Counted from the stretch's first letter, positions 1 to 10,125 are shown. The stretch is DNA of 64,000 nucleotides from an uncultured bacterium (GCA_963713925.1 OY970212.1:1212274-1276273); one strand, 5' to 3'. Notes: a model not told the origin generated them from the letters alone. Translations and numbers: made by a program.

Positions 1-297
1 TTTAATTTCTTGCTCAACGTGCCACGCAATGATTTCCCCTTCACGATCGGGGTCAGGCGCTAAATAAATTTCATCGGCAGTTGAAGCAGCTTTGCAGATT
101 TCAGCAATCGTTTTCTCTTTGTTTTCTATCGGCACATACTGAATATCAATACCTTTTTTGGTGATAGAAACACCCGTTTCCTTGGACGGCAAATCCATAA
201 TATGCCCCATGGTGGACATAATCTTGAATTCTTTACCCAAGAATTTACTGATCGTTTTGATTTTTGCGGGAGATTCTACAATTAAAAGTTTTTTCAT
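1..297 (-). CDS. topA: DNA topoisomerase I, N-terminal TOPRIM fragment (gene runs off the window start)
   Basis: Not in the ORF track because it is open at the window edge. My minus-strand translation from the ATG (complement of 295-297) reads MKKLLIVESPAKIKTISKFLGKEFKIMSTMGHIMDLP...YLAPDPDREGEIIAWHVEQEIK. VESPAK, GHxxDLP and DPDREGE are TopA/TOPRIM N-terminal signatures. Confidence 0.85.
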   Translation of the reverse strand, partial: MKKLLIVESPAKIKTISKFLGKEFKIMSTMGHIMDLPSKETGVSITKKGIDIQYVPIENKEKTIAEICKAASTADEIYLAPDPDREGEIIAWHVEQEIK

Positions 298-720
298 GGC
301 CTACTACTTATTTTGCTCGAAATCTGTTACTCAAGCTCTGGGCTTAAAAGGTGTTAAATGTATAATTTTGTAACAGCTTCGAATATTTTGTCTACTAAAT
401 TTTTTACCCAATCCCACTCGCGTTACGAATGAGGGCCCCGTTTTACCCCAGGAACCTTTATTTTTTACCTCAAATCTGTCTAATGCTCAGATTCTCAGCC
501 TTAATATCTACCCCTCATAGACTTCGCCAATCCGCTTTCGCCGAGGCTACAGCGTGACAAGAGCTACGTCTGATCAGGGGCGCCCAGGTTTGTACCCCTG
601 TAAAACCCGGTGAACTGGGACAATTTATCCCGGTTCTCTTTATATGTTATGCAAAATATTTTCAAAATGTCAAATTTTATAAGAATCGGCCAAAAATTCT
701 GGTTGAAATCTCCGTTTTCA

Positions 721-747
721 CGAAAAAGCCCCCGGAAACCGAGGGCT
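721..747 (-). terminator. Rho-independent terminator downstream of the 776-1285 gene
   Basis: AGCCCCCGG-AAA-CCGAGGGCT hairpin (8 bp, one mismatch). On the minus strand it is followed by TTTTTCG. It lies 29 nt past the stop codon. Confidence 0.55.
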
Positions 748-775
748 AAAAACCTGTAAAGCGAAATCTATATGA

Positions 776-1285
776 TTACTTTGTTGCTTTTTTTTCTACG
801 TAAGAATTATTAAAATCTCGCTGCTTTTGAGTTAAATCTCGTTGCTCTTTCATTTCATCAAGAGTCTTGTTTAATAACCAAAGCATTTTGCAAAGAGATT
901 TGTCCTCTCCATATGCCTTATTGCACTCATATCTCACCCCATATACACTAGGCTTGATTTGCTTATAACCGAAGCGTGTTCCAAACCAACCGGCTTGATG
1001 AACACCCTCTCTCATATCTTTAAACGGATAGTCTTCTTTTGATTCAGTAACGATTAAAGCGGATTCATTTTTTCCTACTACAAGAGAAAAGTTATTGCCA
1101 TACCAGTTATTTTCAATAATTTTAAAAAGCATATCGAATGCAACTAAATCTTTTCTAGCCAAATCCGTAAACACTTTACCCAAAGTAGCTTTTATTTCGT
1201 TCTTAGGCTGTTGATCAACCGTTGGTTTTTCTTCGGCAAAAAGAGATGCGCTCAATAAGCATGCCGACAACAATAGTGTTTTCAT
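776..1285 (-). CDS. hypothetical secreted protein
   Basis: 169-aa ORF with an N-terminal signal peptide (MKTLLLSACLLSASLFA/EE). No family recognised. Confidence 0.6.
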   Translation of the reverse strand: MKTLLLSACLLSASLFAEEKPTVDQQPKNEIKATLGKVFTDLARKDLVAFDMLFKIIENNWYGNNFSLVVGKNESALIVTESKEDYPFKDMREGVHQAGWFGTRFGYKQIKPSVYGVRYECNKAYGEDKSLCKMLWLLNKTLDEMKEQRDLTQKQRDFNNSYVEKKATK

Positions 1286-1655
1286 AAAAAACCCCTAAAA
1301 TAATGGTTGAACATTGTTTTTAAGGATCTCATATTTATACAAAAAGGCAATATTATTTCCCTTTGGAATGCGCCCCCATATGCCGAGCGCGAATGCTTGC
1401 CTCTGCTTTTTCCTTGGTATCTGAATGGGCTATGACGCTCCATTTTCCCCGTTCAAATTTTAATATGGGCCACCCTTTTGTCTTTGTTTTTTTCCCAACC
1501 TTATATGGCATACAAAATCTCCTTTTTACGACATATAACTGTAAAAAACAATAGAAAAATTAAGAAATATCACGCAATAATCAGAATAAATGCATTTGAC
1601 CGGATACATTTTTCTTTGTATGATCCTCCCAAATCCATTATCAAGGAAGGATCGT

Positions 1656-2723
1656 ATGAAACATATTCTTATTATAAGCCTACTCTCTCCATTCCTCATG
1701 CATGGCATGTTAAGCCGCCAAATCAAACCTCACAATAATTTTCATCGAAACCAGTATCAATCTAAATCCTCACATTCCATAATTCGCAACGAAACAATAG
1801 TCTCGACATGTCTTCAGTCTGCCCAGACGCAACAAAGACGTAATTTTGCCGATTCACTAAAACCCTTTCTCATAATTCCTCAGCAAAAATGTGCGGTTGT
1901 GCAACGATTGGGGAAATATAATAGAACAATGAAAGCCGGACTCAATTTCAAATGGCCTCTTATAGAATCGACACGACCATGTGGCGGTGAAACCAAAATT
2001 GATTTGAGAGAACAAGTTCATGACTTGCCGAAACAATCAGTCATCACACGCGACAATGTTGAAATGAGCATTAATGGAGTTGTTTATTATCGAATAGAAG
2101 ATCCTGAAAAAGCTCTCTATGAAATCGATTATTACCCGAACGCGATTCAAAAATTAAGCCTCACCACATTGCGCAACATCATAGGCTCAATGTTTTTTGA
2201 TGAAACGCTGACATCACGAGATCAGATCAATAAAACATTATGCAAATCACTTGATGGAAGCACTGATAAGTGGGGAATCGAGGTTACTCGCGTTGAGCTT
2301 CAAGAAATTACACCTCCACGAGACATTTTACGCGCTATGGAACAACAAATGACCGCTGAGAGATCTCGCAGAGCATTGGTAACTGAAGCTGAAGGAAAAC
2401 GTGAAGCAATGACAAAAAATGCCGAAGGTGAAAGCTTTTATCGCATTAAGCTCGCTGAGGCACAAAACCAAGCAACTATCCTTGAAGCGCAAGCAGCTGC
2501 TCAATCAAGAACTTTGCGAGCAAATGCAGAAGCGGAAGCTCTGAAAGTCATTGCAAATGCTACCAAGCAAGACGCTGCTGACTATCTCAAAGCAATTGAA
2601 TATATACGCATGTTACCAGAACTCACAAAAGGCAAAGACGATAAGCTGGTGATTGTTCCAACGGAACTCAGCGGCCTTGCCGGACTTGTAACAACCATTA
2701 AGTCTTTGGCAAAAAGCGAGTAA
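1656..2723 (+). CDS. SPFH/band-7 (stomatin/HflC-like) membrane protein
   Basis: Band-7 core (VVQRLGKYNRTMKAGLNFKWPLIE..., SVITRDNVEMSINGVVYYRI, WGIEVTRVELQEITPP) followed by an Ala/Glu-rich coiled coil. The start is moved to the ATG at 1656, which follows AGGAAGGA. The track start at 1590 adds an unlikely extension. Confidence 0.85.
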   Translation: MKHILIISLLSPFLMHGMLSRQIKPHNNFHRNQYQSKSSHSIIRNETIVSTCLQSAQTQQRRNFADSLKPFLIIPQQKCAVVQRLGKYNRTMKAGLNFKWPLIESTRPCGGETKIDLREQVHDLPKQSVITRDNVEMSINGVVYYRIEDPEKALYEIDYYPNAIQKLSLTTLRNIIGSMFFDETLTSRDQINKTLCKSLDGSTDKWGIEVTRVELQEITPPRDILRAMEQQMTAERSRRALVTEAEGKREAMTKNAEGESFYRIKLAEAQNQATILEAQAAAQSRTLRANAEAEALKVIANATKQDAADYLKAIEYIRMLPELTKGKDDKLVIVPTELSGLAGLVTTIKSLAKSE

Positions 2724-2749
2724 GCACTATAGCTCAATAACTTACTATT

Positions 2750-2781
2750 CACAGACTCTGAATGATCATTCAGAGTCTGTG
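2750..2781. terminator. bidirectional terminator between convergent genes
   Basis: Perfect 32-nt palindrome CACAGACTCTGAATGA/TCATTCAGAGTCTGTG followed by TTATTTT. It lies between the band-7 gene stop and the ldh stop. Confidence 0.7.
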
Positions 2782-3687
2782 TTATTTTAAATCTCGCATA
2801 TATTCTTTTATTGTCGCAACTGACTTCTCTAAATCTTTCTGTTCTCTTTCATCAAGCTCCGGAATCAGTATCTTCTCAACACCCTGACATCCTAACACAG
2901 CGGGCATGCTCAAGCAGACATCATATGATTCCAAATAACATGAAACAGGGGCAATACGTTTTGTATCAAGCACAATATTTTGGCAATATGCGGCAACACA
3001 TGAGGCAACTCCAAATGCGGTCGATCCTTTGCATGCAATAATCTCATATGCTTTTGCTTTCGCCTTACGGACCATTTCCTCAAGTTCTTCTTGAGCAATA
3101 TATTCAGATAATGGAACGCCTGCTATATCTGCATGCGAGCGAACAAGAAATTGTGTATCGCCATGTTCTCCCACGATGTACAGATGTATTGATTGCTGAG
3201 CAACTCCAAGTTTTTGTCCAACTAATGCGCGTAAGCGCTGCGTATCAAGCATCGTGCCTGAGCCAAAGACTTGATTTCTGCTCAAGCCGGAAGTTTTTTG
3301 CACCAAGCGGGTTATAACATCAACGGGGTTAGTCACCACAATAATAATGGCCTGCTTATTAATTGGCTGCATCTGAGCAATAATATCTGCGACCAGCTTT
3401 TGATTTGTTTGCAGCAGTTCAACGCGAGTCTGCCCAGGTTTTTGCGGAATTCCCGCTGTGAAAATGATGATGTCAGATGTCGCAGCATCTTTAAGGCTTG
3501 CCTGCTTTACACATGATGTGCTACTAAATGATAATGCATCTTCCAAATCACTTATTTCGCCCTTACATTTTATATCATTACTATCAACAAGCAGTATTTC
3601 TGCGGCAACATTTTTCATAATTAATGTATATGCAATAGTAGACCCCACTGCTCCTGCTCCGATTACCGCAATACGCGTTTGCTTCAT
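2782..3687 (-). CDS. ldh: L-lactate dehydrogenase
   Basis: IAVIGAGAVGST Rossmann motif. AGIPQKPGQTR has Gln at the LDH/MDH discriminating position, which favours LDH. GTMLDTQRLR and the catalytic VGEHGDTQ are present. Start set at MKQTRIAVIG (ATG, complement of 3685-3687). Confidence 0.85.
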   Translation of the reverse strand: MKQTRIAVIGAGAVGSTIAYTLIMKNVAAEILLVDSNDIKCKGEISDLEDALSFSSTSCVKQASLKDAATSDIIIFTAGIPQKPGQTRVELLQTNQKLVADIIAQMQPINKQAIIIVVTNPVDVITRLVQKTSGLSRNQVFGSGTMLDTQRLRALVGQKLGVAQQSIHLYIVGEHGDTQFLVRSHADIAGVPLSEYIAQEELEEMVRKAKAKAYEIIACKGSTAFGVASCVAAYCQNIVLDTKRIAPVSCYLESYDVCLSMPAVLGCQGVEKILIPELDEREQKDLEKSVATIKEYMRDLK

Positions 3688-3857
3688 AGTCAAAAACCTT
3701 TTCTTAATAGATTTATTTACGCTCATCGTATGTAAGCTAACCTCCGACACGCAATATTTTAATCATCTCAAGCATAGGCAAGAAAAAACTATCCTTGCCA
3801 AAGCACCGATATTTGTGCCAATACTATTTCCAAAAAGAGTTCTTCAGGGAAACAAGT

Positions 3858-4547
3858 ATGAAATATTTTTTAATACTATCGATGGCACTCAGTTGTCAGT
3901 GCCATTTATTGGCCGGTCAAAAAGGTAAGATTATGAACCATAAAGAAGAAGAGTTTGAAATTCCATTTACCGAAGATTTAATGAAAGAGCACGGTCTCTT
4001 AAATCGCGTCTTATTAATTTATGAGGAAATTATCCGCAGAATTGATACAAACACCGAATTTCCGATCATCACACTTTCAAAAGCAGTCACAATCATTAAA
4101 GCATTTATCGAAGATTATCATGAAAAACTCGAAGAGGAATATATATTCCCTCTCTTTGAAAAACACAAAAAAGAAATCAGATTGGTCAGGACATTGAAAA
4201 CCCAACATGATAGAGGTCGCGAAATTACTACTCAACTCCAAAAAACAGTCGCCACAACACAACCCTTGGACCAAAAAAACAAAAATCTGATAAAGGGCTT
4301 GCTGAAAAAGTTCATTCGTATGTATCGCCCCCATGAAGCGCGCGAAGATACCGTATTATTCCCTCAAATACGCTCATTAATCAGCGAAAAAGAATTCCAA
4401 AAACTGAGCGACATCTTTGAAGATACCGAGCACAAACTATTTGGTGAAAACGGTTTTGAAAGTATTTTACAACAAGTGGAATCTATTGAAAAAGAACTCA
4501 ACATTTACCAATTAGACTTGTTCACGCCGACACATATAGGGAAATAG
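3858..4547 (+). CDS. hemerythrin-like (HHE cation-binding) domain protein with signal peptide
   Basis: Repeated His/Glu blocks typical of hemerythrin-like domains (LMKEHGLLNRVL, FIEDYHEKLEEEYIFP, QHDRGRE, RPHEAREDTVLFP). N-terminal signal-like segment MKYFLILSMALSC. Start set at ATG 3858. Confidence 0.65.
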   Translation: MKYFLILSMALSCQCHLLAGQKGKIMNHKEEEFEIPFTEDLMKEHGLLNRVLLIYEEIIRRIDTNTEFPIITLSKAVTIIKAFIEDYHEKLEEEYIFPLFEKHKKEIRLVRTLKTQHDRGREITTQLQKTVATTQPLDQKNKNLIKGLLKKFIRMYRPHEAREDTVLFPQIRSLISEKEFQKLSDIFEDTEHKLFGENGFESILQQVESIEKELNIYQLDLFTPTHIGK

Positions 4548-4994
4548 ATGATGAATTACAGAAATTTACTATATATGACACTGCTCTCATTTATTTCGAT
4601 GTATGTGCTCATGTATCTCATGGTTGATCGATTTGTTAATGTGTATCCAAATTTCAATCAATTCTATATGGCTGGCATTATGACCATTCCCATGATATTA
4701 ATTGAACTTGTTTTCATGGGATCCATGTACCATAACAAGAAACTCAACACTACAATTGCGATATTTAGCATAGGCATTTTTGCAGTATTGCTCTTTTTTT
4801 TAAGAAGACAAGTTGCAATAGATGATAAAGAATTCTTAAAATCAATGATTCCGCATCACGCGGGAGCCTTACTCATGTGTAAGTATGCCAAACTACAAGA
4901 TTCCGAAATTCAAGCGTTGTGCAAAAATATAAGCACGAGTCAGCAATCTGAAATTGACTTCATGAAAGCAAAGCTTGAGATACTTAAAAAATAA
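4548..4994 (+). CDS. DUF305-family membrane protein
   Basis: Three predicted TM helices, then the DUF305-type motif MIPHHAGALLMC...QQSEIDFMKAKL. The ATG abuts the TAG stop of the preceding gene. Confidence 0.65.
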   Translation: MMNYRNLLYMTLLSFISMYVLMYLMVDRFVNVYPNFNQFYMAGIMTIPMILIELVFMGSMYHNKKLNTTIAIFSIGIFAVLLFFLRRQVAIDDKEFLKSMIPHHAGALLMCKYAKLQDSEIQALCKNISTSQQSEIDFMKAKLEILKK

Positions 4995-5014
4995 CAAAAC
5001 ATTCATAATGCGAG

Positions 5015-5042
5015 AGGCCGATAATCAACTGATCATCGGCCT
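5015..5042. terminator. hairpin terminator between convergent DUF305 gene and aspS
   Basis: AGGCCGAT-N12-ATCGGCCT stem followed by an A/T-rich tail. Confidence 0.5.
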
Positions 5043-5052
5043 ATTAAATTCA

Positions 5053-5086
5053 TTCTACTTGGCTGCCTAATGGCTGCTTCGAAGAA
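5053..5086 (+). repeat. short palindromic repeat (second copy at 63828-63861)
   Basis: TTCTACTTGGCTGCCTAATGGCTGCTTCGAAGAA here and TTCTACTTCGCTGCCTAATGGCAGCTTCGAAGAA at 63828. They differ at two positions. This copy is followed by a GGCCCCAAAT...ATTTGGGTAAAA hairpin module. Confidence 0.7.
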
Positions 5087-5165
5087 TTGGGCCCCAAATT
5101 GTAACGAATGTGGAATTTGGGTAAAAGAATGAAGCGAAACAACGACTTGAAAGCAGTTGAGCGCT

Positions 5166-6932
5166 TCACTGTGCTTTTGGCATCAACCGCAGCCCATATT
5201 CTTTGAGCTGCTCATTTTCAACAGGAGTTGGCGCTTCCATCATGGGGTCAATTCCACGAGCTGTTTTTGGAAATGCAATAACTTCACGAATCGATGGCGC
5301 ACCGGTCATTAACATGACAAGGCGGTCAAGCCCGAGCGCGATTCCTCCGTGCGGTGGGAATCCAAGCTCTTGTGCTTCAAGCAAAAAGCCGAACTTCACT
5401 TTAACTTGTTCTTTGTTCAATCCTAACAATTCAAAAACTTTATCTTGAGTTTGCGCATCATGGATACGAATCGATCCACCGCCAAGCTCAATACCATTCA
5501 ACACAACGTCATATGCGCGAGCTTTCATCTGAGCGGGCTGCAGTTGTTCCCACCCTGCTTGCGGACTCGTGAATGGATGGTGCGCTGCTTCATAACGTTT
5601 TGCATCTTTATCATATTCAAAGAGTGGAAAGTCGGTCACCCAGCAGAAATTAAATTCATCATGCGGAATGATAGTAAGCAACTCAGCAAGTTCAAGGCGA
5701 ACACGGCCAAGCAGCGTCCACGCTTCTTTGTAATCGCCTGCAATCAAGAACAATGTGCTCTTGGCGCCAAAGCTTGGAATATGTTGTTTCACTTGTTGGA
5801 TAAAATCAGCCGGCAAGAAGTTGGCAACGGGAGATTCTATCGCACCGTCTTTCACGCGCATCCAAAGTAAGCCTTTGGCTCCCAATTGTTGTGCTTTGGC
5901 AACAATGGAATCAAGCTCAGAACGAGTAAAATCTTTTTGGTCGACATGCAATGCCCCGATTGATCCGCCTTTGTCTAAAATAGCGCGTAAAAATTTCAAT
6001 TCGGTTGTTGCAAATAATTTTGTAACGTCCGCGATTGGTAGCCCAAACCGCAAATCAGGCTTATCTGAACCGTAATTTGAGAATACATGATCATAGGTTA
6101 GTCGTTTGAAAGGAAGCGACAACTCAACATTAAACACAAGCTTCCATAAACGTTGCAAAATACGCTCAATAACACCTTGAATCTCTTTTTCTTCAATAAA
6201 TGACATTTCCATGTCCAACTGAGTGAACTCCGGTTGTCTGTCGGCACGAAGATCTTCATCTCTAAAACAACGGGCAATTTGGAAATAACGCTCCATGCCA
6301 CTTGCCATTAAAAGCTGCTTGTACAGCTGTGGCGATTGAGGAAGCGCGTAGAATGACCCATGATGAATACGGGAAGGCACAATAAACTCTCGAGAACCTT
6401 CCGGGGTATTTTTTGTTAAAATCGGCGTTTCGATTTCATAAAAGCCTTCAGCATTCAAAATCTCTCTAATGGCAAAAATCACCTTATGGCGCAATGCAAG
6501 TTTGTGATGCATTTCCGGGCGACGCAAGTCAATATATCGATATTTCAAACGCAATTCTTCATCAACATGTTCCGCCTCATCAAGGGCAAACGGAAGCTGT
6601 TTGGATTTGCTTAAAATGGTGAGGCTTTTAACCTGTAACTCCACATAACCGGTTGGTAATTCTTTATTGATAACATTGGCTGCACGTTCAACCACGGTTC
6701 CGGTCACGTTGATAACGTATTCCGATCTCAATGATTGAGCCACTGTATGCGCCTCAGGAGAGATATGCGGGTCAAAGACGAGTTGCATGAGACCAGTTCG
6801 ATCTCGAAGATCGACAAAAATAAGCCCGCCATGATCGCGGCGTCTATTAACCCACCCTGCAAGCGAAATCTCTTTGCCTACCATCGCCTTTGTCACTTGA
6901 CCACACCCGGTGGTGCGCACAACCGCTGCCAT
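5166..6932 (-). CDS. aspS: aspartate--tRNA ligase
   Basis: Class IIb signatures FYALPQSPQLYKQLLM, RCFRDEDLRADRQPEFTQLD and GGIALGLDRLVM. Start set at the ATG (MAAVVRTTGCGQV) preceded by AAGGA. The track start at 6953 is a TTG. Confidence 0.95.
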   Translation of the reverse strand: MAAVVRTTGCGQVTKAMVGKEISLAGWVNRRRDHGGLIFVDLRDRTGLMQLVFDPHISPEAHTVAQSLRSEYVINVTGTVVERAANVINKELPTGYVELQVKSLTILSKSKQLPFALDEAEHVDEELRLKYRYIDLRRPEMHHKLALRHKVIFAIREILNAEGFYEIETPILTKNTPEGSREFIVPSRIHHGSFYALPQSPQLYKQLLMASGMERYFQIARCFRDEDLRADRQPEFTQLDMEMSFIEEKEIQGVIERILQRLWKLVFNVELSLPFKRLTYDHVFSNYGSDKPDLRFGLPIADVTKLFATTELKFLRAILDKGGSIGALHVDQKDFTRSELDSIVAKAQQLGAKGLLWMRVKDGAIESPVANFLPADFIQQVKQHIPSFGAKSTLFLIAGDYKEAWTLLGRVRLELAELLTIIPHDEFNFCWVTDFPLFEYDKDAKRYEAAHHPFTSPQAGWEQLQPAQMKARAYDVVLNGIELGGGSIRIHDAQTQDKVFELLGLNKEQVKVKFGFLLEAQELGFPPHGGIALGLDRLVMLMTGAPSIREVIAFPKTARGIDPMMEAPTPVENEQLKEYGLRLMPKAQ

Positions 6933-7132
6933 TGTAAAATCCTTGTTACTCAAAAATAGAAAAAATTGTTTTAGGATATGTCTTTTACCATAACACAGTT
7001 TTTGCTGTTTGCTAAGCAGAATAAGACCATATCCGTATCAACAAGAATATTGACTCCGAGAAGCCAAAAAACGTAATGTCATTAGTGCCTTCATAAAAGT
7101 ATCTTTCAACGGACAAAGGAATTTTAAGGAAC

Positions 7133-7732
7133 ATGATGTTAAAAAATAAATACATAGCCATAGTATTACTGCTCACATCCGTAGTCTCGCACGCGAAAGA
7201 TATCATCCTCGAAGTCAAGGGCGCAGGATTTATACCTTCAAACAAAATCTATAAAAAGATCTACGGAAACTCCGGAATATTTGGTTTGGAGGGAACATTC
7301 AATCTCGGTTGTGATTACTTATATGGGTTTATAAGTCTTGATTTTGTACACAAAAAAGGAAAATCAATCGGATTGTGTAACCCTACCAAAATTAATTTAT
7401 TTGAACTTGGCTTAGGATTAAAATGCCTTGTTCCCTTTTGTGATGCCGGTGACGCATACTTCGGCCTTGGAATACTTCCTACTCATGTTAAAACAAATGA
7501 TTGCTCACCATTTGTCATACCCGTAAACAAAAAATGGACAGTCGGCGGAATAGCAAAGTTTGGCGTGCTCTTTAATATCGGCTGTAATTTCATTTTAGAC
7601 TTATTTGTCGATTATGCCTTTGTACGAGCACGATTTTGCTGCTCACAATCTAAAACAGGATTTGTCGAACCACGCACGGCTCATTTGAATGCCACAATAA
7701 TCGGTGGAGGGTTGGGATATCGATTCAATTGA
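7133..7732 (+). CDS. small outer-membrane beta-barrel protein
   Basis: Signal peptide MMLKNKYIAIVLLLTSVVSHA. Alternating-hydrophobicity strands throughout. C-terminal GGGLGYRFN has the aromatic near the terminus typical of OMP barrels. Confidence 0.6.
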   Translation: MMLKNKYIAIVLLLTSVVSHAKDIILEVKGAGFIPSNKIYKKIYGNSGIFGLEGTFNLGCDYLYGFISLDFVHKKGKSIGLCNPTKINLFELGLGLKCLVPFCDAGDAYFGLGILPTHVKTNDCSPFVIPVNKKWTVGGIAKFGVLFNIGCNFILDLFVDYAFVRARFCCSQSKTGFVEPRTAHLNATIIGGGLGYRFN

Positions 7733-7758
7733 TCAATATTGTAGAACTCACTTAAAGA

Positions 7759-7786
7759 GAAAGGCCTCGCAATCGCGAGGCCTTTC
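7759..7786 (+). terminator. Rho-independent terminator
   Basis: 12-bp stem GAAAGGCCTCGC-AATC-GCGAGGCCTTTC followed by TTATATT. Confidence 0.75.
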
Positions 7787-7807
7787 TTATATTAGATCTA
7801 TAAAGAA

Positions 7808-7891
7808 GTTCGAATGGTTCGACTTCGCTCACCGCGAACGGAAGAGGGCCCCCATGCGCAAGCATGGGTAAAAACGGAGAGCAGATTTTTT
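7808..7891 (+). repeat. family-1 modular hairpin repeat, single arm
   Basis: GTTCGAATGGTTCGAC-TTCG-CTCACCGCGAACGG-...-GGGCCCCCATGCGCAAGCATGGGTAAAAACGGAGAGCAGATTTTTT. Its reverse complement recurs at 15370-15461 and 40621-40711. Confidence 0.85.
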
Positions 7892-7922
7892 CGTTTTTTC
7901 AGTTTCACAATAAGTCTATTCT

Positions 7923-9959
7923 TTAGAACTTAAATTCTAATCCAACGTTAAATGTGAATGCGGCATTATCTCCGATGTTTGGAATCGCAGCAGCTGATTC
8001 ACCATTTCTTTCAAGCCGCTCAAGCATTTTTTGCTGATCAGAGTTGAGAGGGAAACCTTTGATATCGGTATAATGTTGGCCCGGGAAGAATGCCGAAGTG
8101 ATAACAAAAAGTTTCAAGTTATCATACAACATATAATGAGCAAACAAGTTGGCTTCAACACCCAAGAACGGACTTGCGCACTCGTTGATCGGTCTCTTTT
8201 TGACAATATCAAATTTTGGAGTGTCAGAATCTTGCCAGAATGCGATCACGTTTGGCTGTACCCAGACACGATTTTTACAATCAGCTGGATTCCACAATAA
8301 TCCTGTTCCTAAATACTTCAAGTTTGTAAAGCCTGAAACGTTTGTTGCGAATTGAGTTGGAGCTTGTACTTGTTCAATTTCAGGAGCGCTCAATGGACGT
8401 TTCATCTTTCCGGCACCGCCAAGCACAAAGGCGCTGCGCACCTTTCTACCTGAGTAGGTTTCTTGCAAACCAATAAATCCGGCATAATCGCCATCTTTCG
8501 TTACGAAATTCGGATTGTGATCACCCGAGGCAATACCACCTTCAAAAGAAAGACGCAAATCTCTGCCAAGCATATAAAATGCGGCGTCTGCTACAAACAT
8601 CCATCCTTTATAGGTGTTATCGTATTCATTGCGGTAACGATTACGGGCATTATACAACGCATTTGGATCGGCAGCCCCAAGAGCAGCCGGAACGATTGGT
8701 AAGATATTTCTCAACCCTGCAATTGGCGTTCCTTCGATCAACATACCGTTATATATTTCTCCGTGCGGATTGTTATCGATTGTATCTTGGGCTGTTTTAC
8801 CGAGTGTGGAAGGCATGCCGGTAGTCAGATCAACCGATTTTGGCGCATATGGCAATTGATACAACGAAAGATCTTTCGGAGCACCTTCTGCGCTCGGATT
8901 AACGCCAATCAACACATGGCTATTGACCACCGTTGACTGACCATTGCGATTTTGGAATTGCAAGGTATTGCGATCCCATCCTCGAACTTCTTGGAATCCT
9001 TTATTGAATGCAAATTCAAATCCACCTTCAAATCGATTATTGATATAATCAACTGCAATACCAATTGTTCCTAACTTGCTTGCCGCATCAGCAGTAAACT
9101 CAACGTCTACTTCAGGGTCATTATTAAACAAGAAATATAGTTCAATGATAATAGTGTGACCTGAATTTTCATCTAATGGCAACCAACGCAAACGTCCGGC
9201 AGCGAGTAAGTTAAGCCGCCCAAATCCACGTTGCGGAGTAAGGCGCTGTCCTTTTTCTTGGCTGCGAATTTTTGCACCGGTGTCAGTAATTGAGGCTGAG
9301 AAGTTTTCAAGGCATGCAGCATACAAATCGTAAAACAAACGATCTTTAATAAATTGACCGGATATTTTTGCCGCAGGCGCAAACTGATCAACCAACCCGT
9401 CCACATAGAATCCTAGAAAGTCATGCCCCACCGCATATGCATCACCAAGCGCAATAGCACGACCCAATTGGAATGGAAAGAATCCGAGCATGAAGGTATG
9501 GGGATTATTCAATGGTAATGAAAATGTCTCAGGAATGGAAAGGCGCAACCAAGCTTCTCGCATCCAAAAAATATGTCGTCCGAAGAAGTGACTATGTTCA
9601 CCGCCCACAACATCAAGCCACTTACTTTCTGCTTCGCTGACTGCGGCAAGAGTGCTGGGGTTGCCCCAAACACCTTTATTACGCAAGGTGAAAAAGAATT
9701 CAGCAAGAGGGTGTCCTGCGCACAGCTTTCCATAGGTAACATTAAAATTAAAATCAAGCGTATGACGTTCAAACCAAACCTTATCAAATCCATTAAGGTT
9801 ATTGAAAAGGCTGAAATTTTTAGCGGCAAACATATCTTCACGAAGCATACCGCTTATCGAGTAGGCAATATCCTTTTTTTCATCTGTATATTCAGGCAGG
9901 CCATATATAGGCAAGGCGCTGATAAATAATAAAGAAAGTATACTCTGTTGTATTCTCAT
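7923..9959 (-). CDS. large outer-membrane beta-barrel protein (porin-like), family unknown
   Basis: 678 aa. Signal peptide MRIQQSILSLLFISALPIYG. Aromatic-rich beta-strand pattern. C-terminal ...FNVGLEFKF has the terminal Phe typical of OMPs. Confidence 0.6.
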   Translation of the reverse strand: MRIQQSILSLLFISALPIYGLPEYTDEKKDIAYSISGMLREDMFAAKNFSLFNNLNGFDKVWFERHTLDFNFNVTYGKLCAGHPLAEFFFTLRNKGVWGNPSTLAAVSEAESKWLDVVGGEHSHFFGRHIFWMREAWLRLSIPETFSLPLNNPHTFMLGFFPFQLGRAIALGDAYAVGHDFLGFYVDGLVDQFAPAAKISGQFIKDRLFYDLYAACLENFSASITDTGAKIRSQEKGQRLTPQRGFGRLNLLAAGRLRWLPLDENSGHTIIIELYFLFNNDPEVDVEFTADAASKLGTIGIAVDYINNRFEGGFEFAFNKGFQEVRGWDRNTLQFQNRNGQSTVVNSHVLIGVNPSAEGAPKDLSLYQLPYAPKSVDLTTGMPSTLGKTAQDTIDNNPHGEIYNGMLIEGTPIAGLRNILPIVPAALGAADPNALYNARNRYRNEYDNTYKGWMFVADAAFYMLGRDLRLSFEGGIASGDHNPNFVTKDGDYAGFIGLQETYSGRKVRSAFVLGGAGKMKRPLSAPEIEQVQAPTQFATNVSGFTNLKYLGTGLLWNPADCKNRVWVQPNVIAFWQDSDTPKFDIVKKRPINECASPFLGVEANLFAHYMLYDNLKLFVITSAFFPGQHYTDIKGFPLNSDQQKMLERLERNGESAAAIPNIGDNAAFTFNVGLEFKF

Positions 9960-10125
9960 TGTTTGTTCCGCATTTAAAAAATAATATTTTCGGTTTTACG
10001 ATGTGCTTTATTACTAAAAATCACTTTTTTAAAAAAATGGTTGATGGAGCGTTTTATGATATGCTTATTCAAATTAACAATGGTAAATAAATATCAAATT
10101 TTGTCAATTATTACGGGGTTTTTTG

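Noticed and set aside
158-373. 71-aa plus-strand ORF in the track
   Set aside because: It lies antisense to a clear topA N-terminal coding sequence (minus strand, 1-297) and has no recognisable features.
540-640. Possible SRP/4.5S-like RNA (GTGAACTGGG..., CCAGG motifs) in the first spacer
   Set aside because: The conserved SRP domain IV motifs are absent. The sequence shares motifs (GCGTGAC, AGCTAC) with the dispersed repeats.
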